A DNA stretch of 64,000 bases from Owenia fusiformis (Eukaryota). The position numbers were made by a program, and so were the translations under genes. The notes under the pieces were generated by a model. The model was given only the letters and a program-made list of their open reading frames with translations. It was not told the DNA's origin and ran no database searches. Of the stretch, positions 1 to 14,548 are shown piece after piece. The DNA is taken from positions 31,930,001-31,994,000 of the forward strand of contig CAIIXF020000001.1 of NCBI GenBank assembly GCA_903813345.2, read 5' to 3'. Positions within the stretch are counted from its first letter, which is position 1, and every line of letters starts with the position of its first letter.

Positions 1-1055
1 AACTTTTAAGGCTTTTAATAAACCAGTTAATTAAAATTTGTCGTGGAAGAAACGATCAAATATTAAAGTATTTCAGGAACGTATGAGGTCAAATAGTGTT
101 CTTTCTTTGTTCGTTTTCTATAGCTTTAGTTAAACTGTGCACGGTCATTTACATTTCATCGACACGACAAAAACATTATCAAATTTAGTGAAAATGAGAA
201 AAAAGGCTTTCAGAGGATTTACAATTTTACTTTACGTTCTGATTTTAAACGTTGGTGATGAATGAATTGAGATCAATGGGTCGTTCATTGTCATCATAAC
301 CACCACATATAACCATGGTCTTGAAAGAGCTTGTCTTTATTTCCTCTATTTTAGTTCAAAAGTTCGAAAAACGAAAATTATCACAAAAAAAATCAATTTC
401 AGTATGGGTTTCAAAGGGGACTGATATTTTTCCATTTCCGGTTCATTTGCCGAAACATTTTTTTCTGAATGGAGAATTTAAATAAGGCTACGTTGTTCAC
501 CAGAGTTAACGCGGAAAGTGTTATCAGAACTACAATGGATTTGCCAAGGGGATTCTTACTCATGGAATTCACATTGAAAATCGCCTTTCAGTAGGATTTG
601 TTGAGCGAAGCGAACCATTTTATTGCGATGATCTACGTCAATCCTACTTGCGTCGCAGTGAAGGGTTTAAATAGAAAGTATTACAATGAAGGGGCGGGAA
701 ATACTTGAGTACGACCTTAAGGAGCAAATGTGCATGGCAACTTTACTTTTTATTTTTCACATTCATGGTATACATTTGAGTAATTTCTTCAATCGCAATC
801 GCACGAAAAGATGCGATGTTTAGAATTACATTTTGGGTGCTTTTCAACAGCCTAATTTAAACAAAATAGCACATTAATCAATATTACACGTGAAATTCCG
901 CCTCTTGTATGTTCTAAGTTAAACAATTTGTGTACACAATTTGCTGAAATGATTTTATTTTGAGGATAGTGATTACTCAAGACATTCCTTCGATCAATGT
1001 GTGAAAAGAAAATCAAACAAACCCGAACATTGAAACATTTAATCTGGTCTCTTAC

Positions 1056-3333
1056 CTGTCTGTCGTTGCACATATGCGCAACACAATGTTCCCAGCCGTT
1101 GGTGAAGGGATTGTGATAGATGTCAGATTCAACTCTATAGTTCCTGTTCCCTCTACCTGTGCCCCCTAAAACGTCAAAAAGAAACATTTTTAAAAACTAG
1201 TTATAATGACATTGGTCATAAAGTGGCAGAATATCACTTGCAAAGGACGGTGATCAAAACAATCCATCGTATATATCATAACTTCTAGAACTACAAGGGG
1301 AATGTTGTTATAGAAAGAAAAGGTATATGTTTCAGAATTAAAGCCATTGGTATGATTAAATATGCTAAATTATTTCGAAATTAATGATCGACGTATTGAT
1401 AGATTCGGGCTGAATATCACGAAGAAAAACGACTTTCTCCATTGATTTAAAACACCCATGTCCATTACACTCAAAAGGATGTTAGTGTAGTAAGCCGGCG
1501 CCCATTGATAAACCGGGAAAACGGTTGGATCTTATTGCTAGAATCTCTAATTGATTGTCGGACTGGAACTTACGTTTGCCTCCAACATCACGAGATTTCA
1601 ATTGCCGTTCTTTTACGGCAATTGAAATTGTAATGAATAGGGCATTTGAAAGAAAATGAACGATTGTTACCAATTTTTAAGGCACTGACAAGGGACATAT
1701 CCCCTGCTTCCAGAACTTTACCACGAATGTTAAACAAGAAGTTTTGAAATTTGGAGCCATGTATTTAGAAAATACGAGTTGATACAAATATCTGCTCTTA
1801 TTTCAGAATTTATATAGAGTCTAGATTTAAATTACAAGTAGGATATCACGAAATTACTAGACCAGTCTGTCAATCATTCCTCAGAAATGACTGGACGATG
1901 CTTCGTTCATTTAAATTGATCAATTCATGGTATCGAGGAACATGATGAGATTAAATAGATAAATGAATGAATTAGAAAATAAATAAATAAGAAAAAACAA
2001 ATGAGAAAGAAAAATGAATAAATGTCTTTTATGGGTTTCAGTTATACTGAGATTATGGATCATTGGCGTTATGATTCTATTCCATAGGGTACAGGGTGTC
2101 CAAAAAAGGACCGAAGTAAAATTGATTCACTTGGTGGTCAATCTTGATTATTCTGCCTTGAAATTTCAGAATTATTTGGTTCATTCAATGATGATTTTGT
2201 TGTGCAAGTTTGATGATAATCTGCTGGCTGAGTCAAAAACTACAACTAGCCTATCTTACAAAACATGCTCCAAGACGTGGGCCCCCAAGCAGTGGTTTGT
2301 TTCTTATGTCAAAACGCAAACTACAAGACCTAAGTCAAAATCAGCATTTGTAGATTATTTCAATTTATTAAATTCAATTATAAGCCTGGAATGATGTGAG
2401 CAGTTGTAATTAAGATTAATCAGGACGAAAACAGCTCAGCTTTTAACATCGTGTCATTGGACCCAATCAGAAGAATACATTTGTAGGTTTTGTAAGTGTA
2501 CCACTGGGTGTAGGTATGTCAGTATTAAGCTCTTTTCTATTCACTAAGTTGTGCGCATAAATCAAGTTGAATCAAAAGAGAATACAAAAATGTTTTATAT
2601 ACCGGCATTTTTTTAGGGTGTATACTTAATGCTGTATAGTGTACGATACACAGTTAGGACGCATAGTAGCTATGTCACCATTACCATGGAATACACCACT
2701 CCGTGTATCTGCTTATGTTGTAAAATTATTATTCCAAATATGTTTTCAATATTGACAATATAGCCCATACAACTTAAAATACATTTTGAGAAAACTTGTT
2801 TTTTGCTAAATTTACACGCATAAAATATTTGTATAACGGGTACTTAACATGAACAAGCATGGCACCTCTAATCAAATGTAGAGCTGATGTCCAATAATCC
2901 TCTTTGGGCGTGTTCTCTTCAGCCCTCTCAAACCCAATACTTTTAGAACTTTAGTTCTGTGAATTTTCCATTGGTTATTTATAAAGCTGGAAACGTCTTA
3001 TCTACTTTTTTAAGTAGGGCTATCACTACCATTATCATATATCCTCTACGAATCGTGAAATAATGATATATATTTGTTATGTGAAAAACAATAGCAAAAC
3101 ATATTGTTCATAAGCGTCCCATCATTAACCTTTATGCCAAAAATGTGACATTACGAAACACAAATGCAAAGATCTCAACCATTGTATAACATATTAAATG
3201 AGGCACTTTCAAAACCTCAAATTACACAAATATTACACAAATTACAGCATGAAATGATGTAGAATTAGATTATGTAATAGCTCACCTGCAGGATGACCAC
3301 AAGGGAGGTCAAGAGCACCAACCATCGATTCAT
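1056..3333 (-). CDS. 5' part (exons 1-2) of a secreted/type-I membrane protein resembling a divergent Notch-ligand (Delta/Serrate) N-terminal MNNL/C2 region; gene continues beyond the left edge
   Basis: Exon 3333-3286: MNRWLVLLTSLVVILQ (signal peptide) followed by a GTGAG donor, phase 0. Exon 1165-1056 after a tttttgacgttttag acceptor: GAQVEGTGTIELNLTSITIPSPTAGNIVLRICATTD, then GTAAG donor. The frames join cleanly; QVEGTGTIELNL and LRIC resemble Delta QVWSSGVFELKL and FRVC. Confidence 0.55.
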
Positions 3334-6300
3334 CGTCTTTGGTCACCTTCTCTGGCTTCCCATGTGTAGAAATTGTACTTCCGGTTTTACAATTAAGATT
3401 TTTGTATAATCTTCTCAATTAATCCAACGAAAGTCCACCTTAATCCCAAAATATCCTTTTTAGTTCTAGTTAGTCGAAATGCTCCAGTCTATAAGAGGTT
3501 AATTACCACTGAAAGAGATAAAAATTGGAGTTTATATTCCACACCTTAACCCTCTCTCTGCTTCAACAGGTAACGCCCCGATATCGTTCTTACAATAGTT
3601 ATAGTGTGTACTCTTTGGGTGAATTGACAGTTGTTTTTTAGTGACCTACGTATTTACCTCTGTTGACCCGGCTGCATTTAGTCAGAATAGATGTATTTAA
3701 AAGAGTTGGAGTAACATAGTTTCATAAAAGTAATGTACTATTTGAAATTGAAAAGAATAATGTATTTGATTAAATAAACTTTTTTGTTTGATATTATAGA
3801 ACAAGTTTCAGTATATTACATGCACAGCGACATTCATGCTCAGCAATTCAATATTTTATTTCAAGCTGCGTGAATGGTTTGCGTAAAAAATATGGGAAGG
3901 GCGTTTGGAATGCACTCAATTCTATAGAACATTGATGATGTCAAATAATTCATTAAACAACATCTTAGACTCGTTTGAGAAACGGCCGGATTAGTCACAT
4001 TGACTTTTTGGGTTGTATGTATCGTTAAAGTAGCTGTTTACACGCCCTTTGACTCATCACGGTTTGATTTTGATTATATTTCCTTTTCATTCTTTCCCTT
4101 CGTTATAGCTCCAAGATGCTCGTATTGTGGAGTAAAAATTATGTCAATCATATCTCAGACAAATATTACGTTGCATCACTTGTGTTCTATATTTATGGTT
4201 ATTATGAATCTGATTTGATTTAGGGTGTTATAATGCTTATTTTATTGCCCTTTGTTCATTCCTTTCAAAATACATATAAGAGTGATACTCTGCTATATGG
4301 CCTATATGGAGAGAAAAAGTTGCGAGAAAAGCACAATTTCCCGCTCGTAGGTAGCTATAATAACAAATATTTATCTCAGATAAGTTCTATGAATGATATA
4401 TTTATAAAATTCAAAATTTTCGCGGAACACGTCCTGATTGATGCAACGGAATAATATTTGATTCATTTACGTAACCAGTCGACAATCATTATTTTTCCTA
4501 AATTCCATCTAACAATGTAAAAACCTCTCACCCTTACCGTTGGCTGAGAAGATCCAGAAAGTTGACACGAGGTTTAAACTTAAACAGCATAAAACAGTCC
4601 AACAATTTTATTTGTACTTTAGAAATTCCGAGCAGCGTGTAAAGAATTGTGTATGTCAAATCGTGTCTACAGGTATTTCGTTATTCTATGTGTGGAATCC
4701 AACCAGTTCGGGATCCTCATGTTTAAACAACATCCCTGCACACCCAAAGTCTATTTAATCAGGACTCATGTTTGATATAACTCTTTGATAAGTATATACC
4801 TTTATGTACCCCACCGTCCTAAACTAGAGTCACGACAATGAATTACCTGTGTTGCATAAATATTAAATAGTCTTGTGCAATTAATGTTTTATGTAATATC
4901 TATAAAATATTTTATACAATTATTTTTAATAATAAATAATTTCTGTAAGTAGAAGACCTTCCATGGCTAACGTCTGGATTTTATAGTTGAATGAAAAATT
5001 GAATGAGAAAAAGAGCTTGTTAGATGATTTTAAGAAAATATATGGAGTACGATAAAACCTTGTACATGACTTTATTCATAAACGTTGACAACATAAGGCA
5101 ACTTAAAACATACTAAGACCACCTAAAGTTGAATTTATCATATAATTACGCAATACGTTATCATTTTTCTACCATTGTTTCATTTACCATTCTACTTTGA
5201 GAGTAGTCCCACACCCACCTACCATGTGATTCAGATTAATCTAGAAAATACAAAAAAATAAATTAAGATTCATTTATTATTAAGATTTGCCACAAGTGCA
5301 GAATAGGCATTCTCTATGTATAATCATTAATCCATTCAATCAATAAATGTGTCACCAATGCGATTCGATTAAACGCAAGCTCTTTGAAATAATCTTGTTG
5401 ATAATGGTATATGTGATTTGATGACGACAGAACATTTCAATTTTGAAACAGATTTGTATTACAAATACGACTCTTGGGTCTTGGCTATAATAATACACAC
5501 GGAAAACTCAGAATGCATCAATATAGTGGATGCCTCCGGATATTTTACCCTGTAGTGTGTTCCCGCACACCCTGTATTTGAATCAAGGCAAATTTGTATC
5601 TTAGCATAGGGTGTTTCGTAAGTTGATGCCACGTTATGGTTTGGGAAGTGATATTTTCACACGGGTTCAACCTGTCATTATATCCGATTGTAAGAGGTTT
5701 TTTATACTGGAACAATTTTCAAGTGGTTAGTAAGAAAGTCGTTTTTATCGTACCAGCCCAATCCTTTCACTAATGATTATTATTGGGAATGCGGTTTACC
5801 CTAAATGCACTAATAGACTAATATAATCTTGAATAGAAATAATTTGTTTAGAATTGAATTTTTACATTTCAATATTATTAATTTGTACAACGATTAATTG
5901 CACATTATATTTTAAAAGCACTGCATCCGATTTGTAAAGATTCGATTTCTTATATTTTCTTGTTCCATAGAGATTCTATGCTTTGAGACCTGACCTCATT
6001 TTCGAAGGTGGTGACGTAAATGTCTGACGCGTGCAAGTCGTCTTTCTCATAATGACCGTAGTTCAACTCTGTTTCACGTGTAATTTGTTACTACCCACTT
6101 CATTTATTATCTTAAGGTTCAAACTTTCAGATTATAAATTCTTTTATAAAATGAGGTTGACAAAATTTGAATCCCTGTTGTCATTAATTCATCTTCAATA
6201 ATAGAGAGATTCCGTAATTCACTTATAGCATATTTATTATCCCCGTATAACGTATAACTAATGAAGCGTTTGATAACGTCATTATCTATTGCAGCTCTAT

Positions 6301-8831
6301 ACGTCCATAAGTGTGATATTCAAGACTTCGTGAGGTGGTTATTGAGATGATAATACATATTTTAACGTAATAATTTTGAGTACATCTCGAATCCATTCTC
6401 AACAAAGCGTTCTCGAAATAAGTATTCGAAATGTTTGAGTTCGGGATGATAAAAGTACGTTAGATATACCGCTCCTTAACAAATTCCTTTGGGAACAAGA
6501 TATAGAATCAAAAGCATATTCTTCTTATTTACTCCCTGGCACATGCCAACGAATGTTTCATAAGTAAATGTCTCCGTTTTAAATAATTTTGTAAACGTTG
6601 TTCTCTACAGGTGCCATTTTTTATCATTGGAAAACAAAATTGAACATTTTGCATTTCTAAATTGTTAAGTTTCTTGGAATACAACTTAACCGTTAACGAT
6701 TTAAGTCATTAATAATATTTCCCTTAGTGATCCCATGCTAAATAGACAGTAATTGGGTCAATGTTTTATGTTCAACCTTGTTTTCATGACTTTTAAACAT
6801 GAGTCGACAATTATGTCGGAAATTTCAATTCCAAATGTAAGCGTGTCAACTCCTGTTTTTGCATAATATTTAGCCTTTTATAATAATAGGTCGCCAAAAT
6901 CTGCATGTACCTCTCAATGAGGCGATATATTTTTAAATTTATAGATGTAAGCTATAAACTCGAACAAAAATTCAAACCACTCGCTATTATTTTGATTGCA
7001 CAAGACGAAATTTCCACTCCCGGGGAGCACTTTGGTAACACTTTGAAGGGGATTCTTGAAAAATCATTCGAATTTTCACAAAGGGTTTCATGCAATTTCA
7101 TTGCTTTGTTTAAGCCTCGACTTATATCATACTCAAATCCGATACCATAATTATAAATTAAAATGAAACATTAAACTCGCCAGGCTATATGATAAACCGT
7201 TTCGAGAATTGATGATTTGAGTTTAACTGTGGATATTTATGTATGTAAGTCGGCATGTATTCGACAGTTAATGTACACACATGATGTATGCATCAACGTG
7301 TGACTTAAATATCAAGTCGTGACTATTATATTTGGCTTTCAAAAATTAAGTTGGAAGTTACAGTGGTGGGAGATTACCGAAAACGTCAATCTCATCCAAA
7401 TATCCGAACGACGTCAAGTACTAACAATACACTTTTGTGCATCTCGAACAAAGCGAGGTTCTGTGATCCAGCGATGTGTATTCTGAAAGAAAAAATTCCA
7501 CAAATATCAACAAATTCCATTGAGTAGGAGATTACATTCGAAATCACAACTTTCAAAATATTTGTTTTAATCTTTGATAACTCAAATGCTAATTTACGGA
7601 TATGGTTTACATTTTATATGTTGATGCATAGTGACAAACAAGCTCTGCTCAAGAAGGAATTTTCAAGATGGCCACTAATAATCAAAATATGTTTTGTTCG
7701 GTGGGATTTGCTACTCCGTGGAGTTGCTGTTTTTCTAGTTTGTCATTACACTAAGCAGTATTTTACCTAAGTTACAGGGTTTGCGATACGTAATTACCTA
7801 TAAATGACCGAAGGTAATTCGAAAACGTATGTTTTTATCCAGCATATTGTGTCATTTGTAGATCAAATATCACAAGCACATTAAACTTTAAAATAGTTAC
7901 AACAACATTTCTCATTCGATCTGCATAGAAATTAAGTGGTCGAACACATTCATTGATTCGATAAACGATGCCATGTGATGCTGCATAAAACTCTTGAATT
8001 TACACATATTTCATCAGTTTTGCTTATTGTAAATGTATGAAATCAGCCATTTTCTCGTGGTTTTAATTCTAGTATTTGGTCACTCTCATTGCTGGATCAT
8101 GCTAGAAATTTAACATTTCGCCTTAAGTCACTGTCCCACTGTATCATTTTTATAAATGATAATCTATTTTTGTCCGCATGCTTAAAGTAACGGTCTGTGT
8201 CTTATAAAATGTATACGTTCGAATCAAAATATTTACGTTTTTTGACCCCTTGTGATGAAAGACATTTAAAAAGAATCAAGACATATGCATCTCCTTAAAT
8301 ATATTTTTCAAATGTTGTTGCGCTGTGTGTTACGGATTCTTCACATTCGGGAGTCATACCATGGACGAGATAGAGGTTCTTAAACAGGACATTATAGCTT
8401 AACGGATGGCATTTTCACTAAGCAAATTTTTCGATTTATATTTTTCAATTTGCAACTTTGGTTCATGAAAATGGCGACTTTAGTATCTATCAATTAATCT
8501 ATCTTATTTTAATAAAGCCTCCCAGCTTGAAGCCACTTTTTCAAAGTGTATATTATATGGCCTATATTGGAATAGCACCGAAAAATGTGTTTCTCCCCAA
8601 ATTGGTCAATTTAGATAACAACCCCCCCCCCCCTCGTTTATAATCTTTTTAAAAATACGTGTAATAATAATATCATATATTGATTTACCTTACTTTATCT
8701 TATTCTGCGACTCAAAAATGTTAAATTCTCATATTTCAGGGTTCCAGTCTTCTATCTTCTGTATCATTTCCAACATAAACAGAGTTTTCTTGGTTCATTA
8801 GTATTACTTTTGTTGTGATATTCTTCATTTT

Positions 8832-8959
8832 TAAGCCACCACCTCAAGTGGTGACATTTTGTTATAGTCTCCAACTTTTTTGTGGACGATGTTCGGCGGT
8901 TGGTGTTCGGCATCTGTAACAAATAGCAGGTGGTGACATTTTACGTGTTAATGCTTGTT
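8832..8959 (-). mobile_element. Short non-autonomous Helentron-like (HINE-type) element, family A
   Basis: Reverse complement starts AACAAGCATTAACACG..AAAATGTCACCACC and ends with the hairpin GTCACCAC..GTGGTGGC; same ends as the copies at 19526, 31485 and 43515. Confidence 0.55.
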
Positions 8960-10659
8960 TGTTTTGTATCCTCGTGTGTGTTTTGACCACTTGGATGATA
9001 GTTATGAAGCGGAAGCTACGATCACGACTTTTCAATTACAGATCCTATATTCTCTAACTCTACTCTTTTCCAATTAGCGGTTGACCATAGATCGTAGTCA
9101 GTTGACCGTTTCAAGATAGTGAAAGCTAAAAGTTATTTACATCTGACTTGATTTTCTAAAATAAATGATAGATTCAACGATTGACATTGTAAACCATTGA
9201 CGTATGGCCATATGTGCCTCGGGAACGCCATTTTGGGCATTTCTTATGCTGAGAATAACTGTCCATGGGATGATCTCCATTTGGATCATTTGCCCATAAT
9301 AGGATCTGAACTGGATCTGAATCCCGGATCTGAATAAAACTAAATTAGAAGTTGATTTAGGAATTTACACCATTTTATAGTACTACGGCAAATATTTGTT
9401 ATATTTGCCTTTTTAAACAATACCCTTACGATATCATTTACATGCCACTCCTTCACAGCCACTCTTACTGTCTCCGAGACGCTCAATTGTATGCAAATAT
9501 TATAGTCTAGCGCACAACTCGCAGAAAATGCAATTACATTATGTAGGTATCAGATAAATGGAGAAGTCGCCTCAAATAAATGCATTTAAAGCCTGTACAT
9601 AAAGAGTTGCACTCTTTTCGTATTGATTGACAAATCAGGGAGATTTATTATATTATTATATCGAAGAAATATAGTGCAGAGTGGATTAATAGTGCTTAAC
9701 TTGGCTTTGTGTCCTGCCTAAGCTACAATAGTAGAATAATGAAGTTTGAAACGACGGTTGTATAAGACTAAGAAGGATGTAAACCTGCTGTAAATGGTAC
9801 AAGCACGACACTGAAACGTGTGACACCAATGGTGATGAAACATGTGATGAAGTTGTTACAATCTGTGATAAAGCTGTTACACTAACCGGTAATACAGGAC
9901 ACATAAAGGAAGTAATTGGAGAATATATAACGTTGTACAAACATAACTTTCTATTAAACAAATACAAATGTGTGGTAACCAAGAACGTTAGAATATAGTA
10001 CAGGCTATATGTACAAAGACTGGCGATACCTCAATTGATCCGTTTATTCGTGATCAATGGTTTACTATTAGGAGAATGTTTGTCTTACATTTATGAAACG
10101 CATAGTGATCGGATAAATGCTATTATCATACAGACGACAAACGCAACTACAAACGATGTATTACAATGGTATCCGGTAGTATTGGTGACAATTGGCAAGT
10201 TAACGTGATAAAAAGGTAGTAGCAGAACTTAGAAGAGATTTTCTTTACGGCCTTTTCTTTAAGTGTCTTGAGATTTTAAAGAGTTTCAAGAACGAAGAGG
10301 TCACAGGAGATTATCACATAGTTATATGTCTTATAGCATTGATAAGGTATCGTGTGTACATAACAAGTGTAACACAAACATTTTGTGTTTGAATTGGCTG
10401 ATTAGAAAGGGAACATAGAAGCACAACGAATCACAAAAAAGAATGACAGGACTGAAGTTCAATGTCAAGCTTAGTAAAAACGGTAGCATTAACTGTCTCA
10501 ATAAATTGACATTTCACTGCATTTAAATGACCCGAGGGGCCATAATCAGGACGGGATAATAAAATTGGCCATAAAGTGTGATGTTCGAGAAGCAAAACAA
10601 AACACATGTACAATATTAATGATTCGAAGTAGATTTAGTCGACAGGATACAGCCTCATC

Positions 10660-13600
10660 ATGAATAGTGATTCCTACGTTCTTCAATACACGGCTAAGCA
10701 ACGTTCATCTGTATTAGGAGAACTTTTGTTTTACAGAGGGGACAATGTGGTGATGGTAAATCATATGGTCTTTTTGGCTATATTCTTAAAGTTCTAATCT
10801 TTCCAACGTTCAAAAAAAATATTAAACCTATCAATGCCAAAGGATTAAGATTATTTCCTGTTTTTCAGTTGGATCTGCCGCAGTTGTCTCAAGAGAAGCC
10901 CCCCGTGGCACTAGGTAAATGTATTTTTATATTTAAGAAGTGATTACACATTCAACCTCCAGCTGACATGGCTGAGGCATATGATGAAGATGCAAAGACA
11001 AGATTTCTAACGAACTTTGAAAATAAAAGACCGAAAGTAAATAAATTTCAAGGAATATAACACCCTCATATCTTTAAATTAGGTTTAGTACGACTTGAAC
11101 AACTTCCAAATGATTTTACACGGGCTATGTAGATATTCAAACAATTTCTGCCATTGCAAAAAAACATTGAAGAGGAAAATTTATTAAAATAAGGTACATT
11201 ACTTATATAAGTTATTGAATGATTTGAAGTGCAATACAGGATATATTCTGCTCGAGAAATTCCGTATTGGAACGAGACGAAGTCGAGTGCCAATACAAAA
11301 TATCGAGAGCAGAATATATCTTGTATTGCACTTCAAATCATTCTATAACGTTTTTATCGTGTGATCATCTGTATTGCTACTGAGAATGTCCCCTCCGTAC
11401 CAATATCTTCTGTATTGTGACGGAGATGATCAATGGGGACAATATCAATAGCAATACAGATTGGTACAGCACAAGAACTGACCAATCAGAAGGCTTCATT
11501 TTACAGATCATACGAATATATAAGTTATTGAATGATTTGAAGTGCAATACAGGATATATTCTGCTCGAGAAGTTTTGAATTGGAACGAGACGAGGCCAAT
11601 ACATTTGGTAGCATACATTTTACCTAAGAGATAATCCCTCAGAAATGTTCTGTATGCTCTGTATTTCTACTGAGATTGTCCCCTCTGTGACAATATTTTC
11701 TGTATTGCTCCGGAGGTGATCAAAGGAAACAATCTTAGTAGTAATACAGATTGGTACAGCACAAGAACTGACCAATCAGAGGGCTTCATTTTACAAAAAA
11801 TACGAAAAAATATGGGTACGGAGGGGGCAATCTCAGTAGCAATACAGAGCATACAGAATATTTCCTAAGGATTATCTTAAGTAAAATGCATTGGCGTAAG
11901 ATCACATGATAAAAACGTTAGAAGGAATTGAAATGCAATACAGGATATATTGTGCTCTCGATATTCTGTATTGATAGTCGATCTAGTCGTCTCGTCCCAA
12001 TACAGAATTTCTCGAGGACAATATATCCCTATTGCACTACATATCATTCAATAACTGCATAGCTCTACATCTAAAGCCCAATTTAAAATTTCCATACTTC
12101 TGAGAAAAGCTAGTTTCCTTGACATTCCCAGGGAACGCCTGGGAACAATTCAGAAAATGATCTTGAACAACAATCTTGGAAATCCCTGAGAGTATAATTT
12201 GAAAGGAATATAAATGTTTGAATGCTTTGCTTGCAGCTAAAGCATGGGATTGCAAAAACCAGGCTGTGCGTCAGATGTCGAATGTAAGTAAAATACAAAG
12301 GGCACCAAAAGAAAATACACGAGAACAAGATGATGTTGTCGTAAATTCTAAGTTAGAACTCTAGAAAGTAGAGCAACTATGCAATCTGTTTCTTTGTGTT
12401 ATTTTTGCTGATAACAATTTGTTAATACACATAATATGAATTATACATCAAGAGTATGTTCAAAACTAGGGTACGCAGTTCATTTATAGTTTTATTCGAG
12501 GATCTGTAAGGTTCATCATTTCGTCTATGTTTGTTCGTCGAATTACAAGTATCTGGTTTACATGTATTGCATATTGATTCGATTTTAAAGATTACCCGAC
12601 GTGGACCAAGAGATACAAATCTACAAAATGGCAAAAACACCACAAATAACCAAAGACGCAGACCAAAAAGTTGCCCTCCTGTTGATGTTGGAGTACATAG
12701 GTTCTTGAAAGAAAGGGAAGACGAGTCAAGTCGAGAACAGATTAACAGTCTAGCCCCGCTTTTTGAAGCAAGTTCTATTGAGAATGCTAAGGAACAGCTT
12801 GAGAGGTGAGCTATTTGTAGTCCTGTACGAGTCTACCAAAGTGGCACTATCGATCTTTTTTGCCATTATCGATCATATCATCACTTAACTTATATGGTAT
12901 ATGGAAATTACAAATGACACTCCATCTTTTGCAAATGCATGTAATTCATTAGAAATTCCTCTGTTTAACATTTCGATTTTTGAAAAATATTTACTTGTGG
13001 GATGGAATCCTCCTCATTTGAACTCCATACATCACCCACACTGTTCCTCCATTCAGAGTGTACATACTGGATGGTATCTTGAGCCCGACTGCAGAGAATA
13101 AGACCGGGAAGTTGGTTCTTCCGTTTGACTGTGAATGGTTGCAAGCCTCTGCAAAAACTTTGGAACGTTGACTTTGATTTTAAGTGCTTTTTCTTACGTG
13201 CATATTCGATATGAGTATAATATTGTATGGTGGCACAATTTTGCAAAACATTTTTCGAATGAAAATTTTGATTAGAGCTATGATAACATAATTTCATGAT
13301 GATTTAGTCGTATTGATTTATGTCATTGTAATTTGTCTTTGCAAAACTATGAAACAGAAACTGTATGTGGTTGTGTATATGTTTATAGGGATTTTAAATT
13401 TGTTATTTCCAATGTTACTTGCTTATTATTAATGAAGGTTATGATGTTTCATTGCAGGTTATCAGACAATGTGGCCAAGCTGAACATGTCATCAGTTAAA
13501 GCAAGAGGACCAAACGACATTGACGAGACTATAGTAACCACCCCCTTCATATCTTTTAACTCCCATGTCAGGGAACAGCGTAGAACTATAGCAAGAGAAC

Positions 13601-14040
13601 GAAAACAAGTGACTGGGGAACAACGTGTTAAGTTGTCTTCTATCCTCACTGATCATGTTAGCAAGAAAATGGAACTAGAAGCCCAGAAAGCCAAGGCTAG
13701 GTATACATACTCAAGCCCGCATTACGGTTGCAAAATTCCAGATCCCCAAAGTGAGAATCGCGCGAGAAGGCCATCTATTTTGATTGATAAATCTAAAGCT
13801 GACCAAAGATCGTTCAATCTACCAGAACAAACTGAGACATCAAGTAGACTCTCATTTGACGTTAGGAGTAATCTCAGTAGTTCAAGAAGCCCAAGTGTCT
13901 CTAGTGTGGGAAAACGGGTACATTATCATACTCCCAAAAAGAGAATACATTCAGGACGTATTCTCAGAAAGGTCATTGAGAACTCAGGTAACAGACGTGT
14001 AAGTGAAGGTCCCTATGTTACAGTCAGTGACTATGGTTAA
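10660..14040 (+). CDS. Uncharacterised multi-exon protein (~328 aa; basic, Ser/Arg-rich C-terminus)
   Basis: Phase-consistent model: 10660-10755, 10869-10914, 12237-12283 (or 10963-11036), 12591-12805, 13458-14040 (987 nt with the 12237 exon). GT-AG at all junctions; AATAAA at ~14064. The last two exons are well supported, the 5' exons are tentative. No family recognised. Confidence 0.55.
11204..12056. mobile_element. Composite non-autonomous element with hairpin-shaped ends and an internal duplication
   Basis: Hairpin tgatttgaagtgcaatacaggatatattctgctcgaga...gagacgaagtcgag...tcgagagcagaatatatcttgtattgcacttcaaatca at 11220-11340; inverted copy at ~11925-12056; internal segment repeated at 11375-11515 and 11665-11805. 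Confidence 0.6.
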
Positions 14041-14116
14041 ATGTATTTAATATGTTTTTAAAAAATAAATGTTATTTTACGTTCATAAATATAAAAATGT
14101 GTTATATATTGCAATA

Positions 14117-14548
14117 ACCCAGATGCGAGTAGAAATAAGCTTGATTTACGTCATTAAAAATTCAAAATTCAGTCAAAGTAATATCATATTTGAAATCTAC
14201 ATGTAAAACTACATCTAGAAATGTGGTTTTAAAAAGTGTTTATCAAATTTGAAAAATTAATTTTCTTTGAAAATGTGACTTCTAGCTCGGGGAGATTCCC
14301 CATAGACCCCATGCTATAAAATCACAAAAAATGAAATATCTTTTCTTTTAGTGGACAGATAATATTTTGCTTTACTGGACATATTTTCATTAGTATAAGT
14401 ATCAGACACATAAGGGTTATATGAAAATTGAGCCACTTAAATTGATAATATTCAAGTTTAAGGGAACTTTCTTATATACCTGCCATGTTAATTGACCCGA
14501 ATCAGCCACCTGGTGGTGAAACTGGTAACTACTTACTCGCATTTGGGT
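14117..14548. mobile_element. MITE with short TIRs (CCCAGATGCGAGTA / TACTCGCATTTGGG)
   Basis: Imperfect inverted termini, followed or preceded by TAA; no coding capacity. Confidence 0.45.

Noticed and set aside
852..1187. 111-aa minus-strand ORF from the track
   Set aside because: Wrong frame; the splice-consistent frame is the 1165-1056 exon
2091..2622. Tc1-like left end (tacagggtgtcc) and 126-aa ORF
   Set aside because: No matching inverted right end nearby and no transposase motif in the ORF
11066..11852. Paired ORFs sharing CKMKPSDWSVLVLYQSVLL
   Set aside because: Produced by the internal duplication of a non-coding repeat
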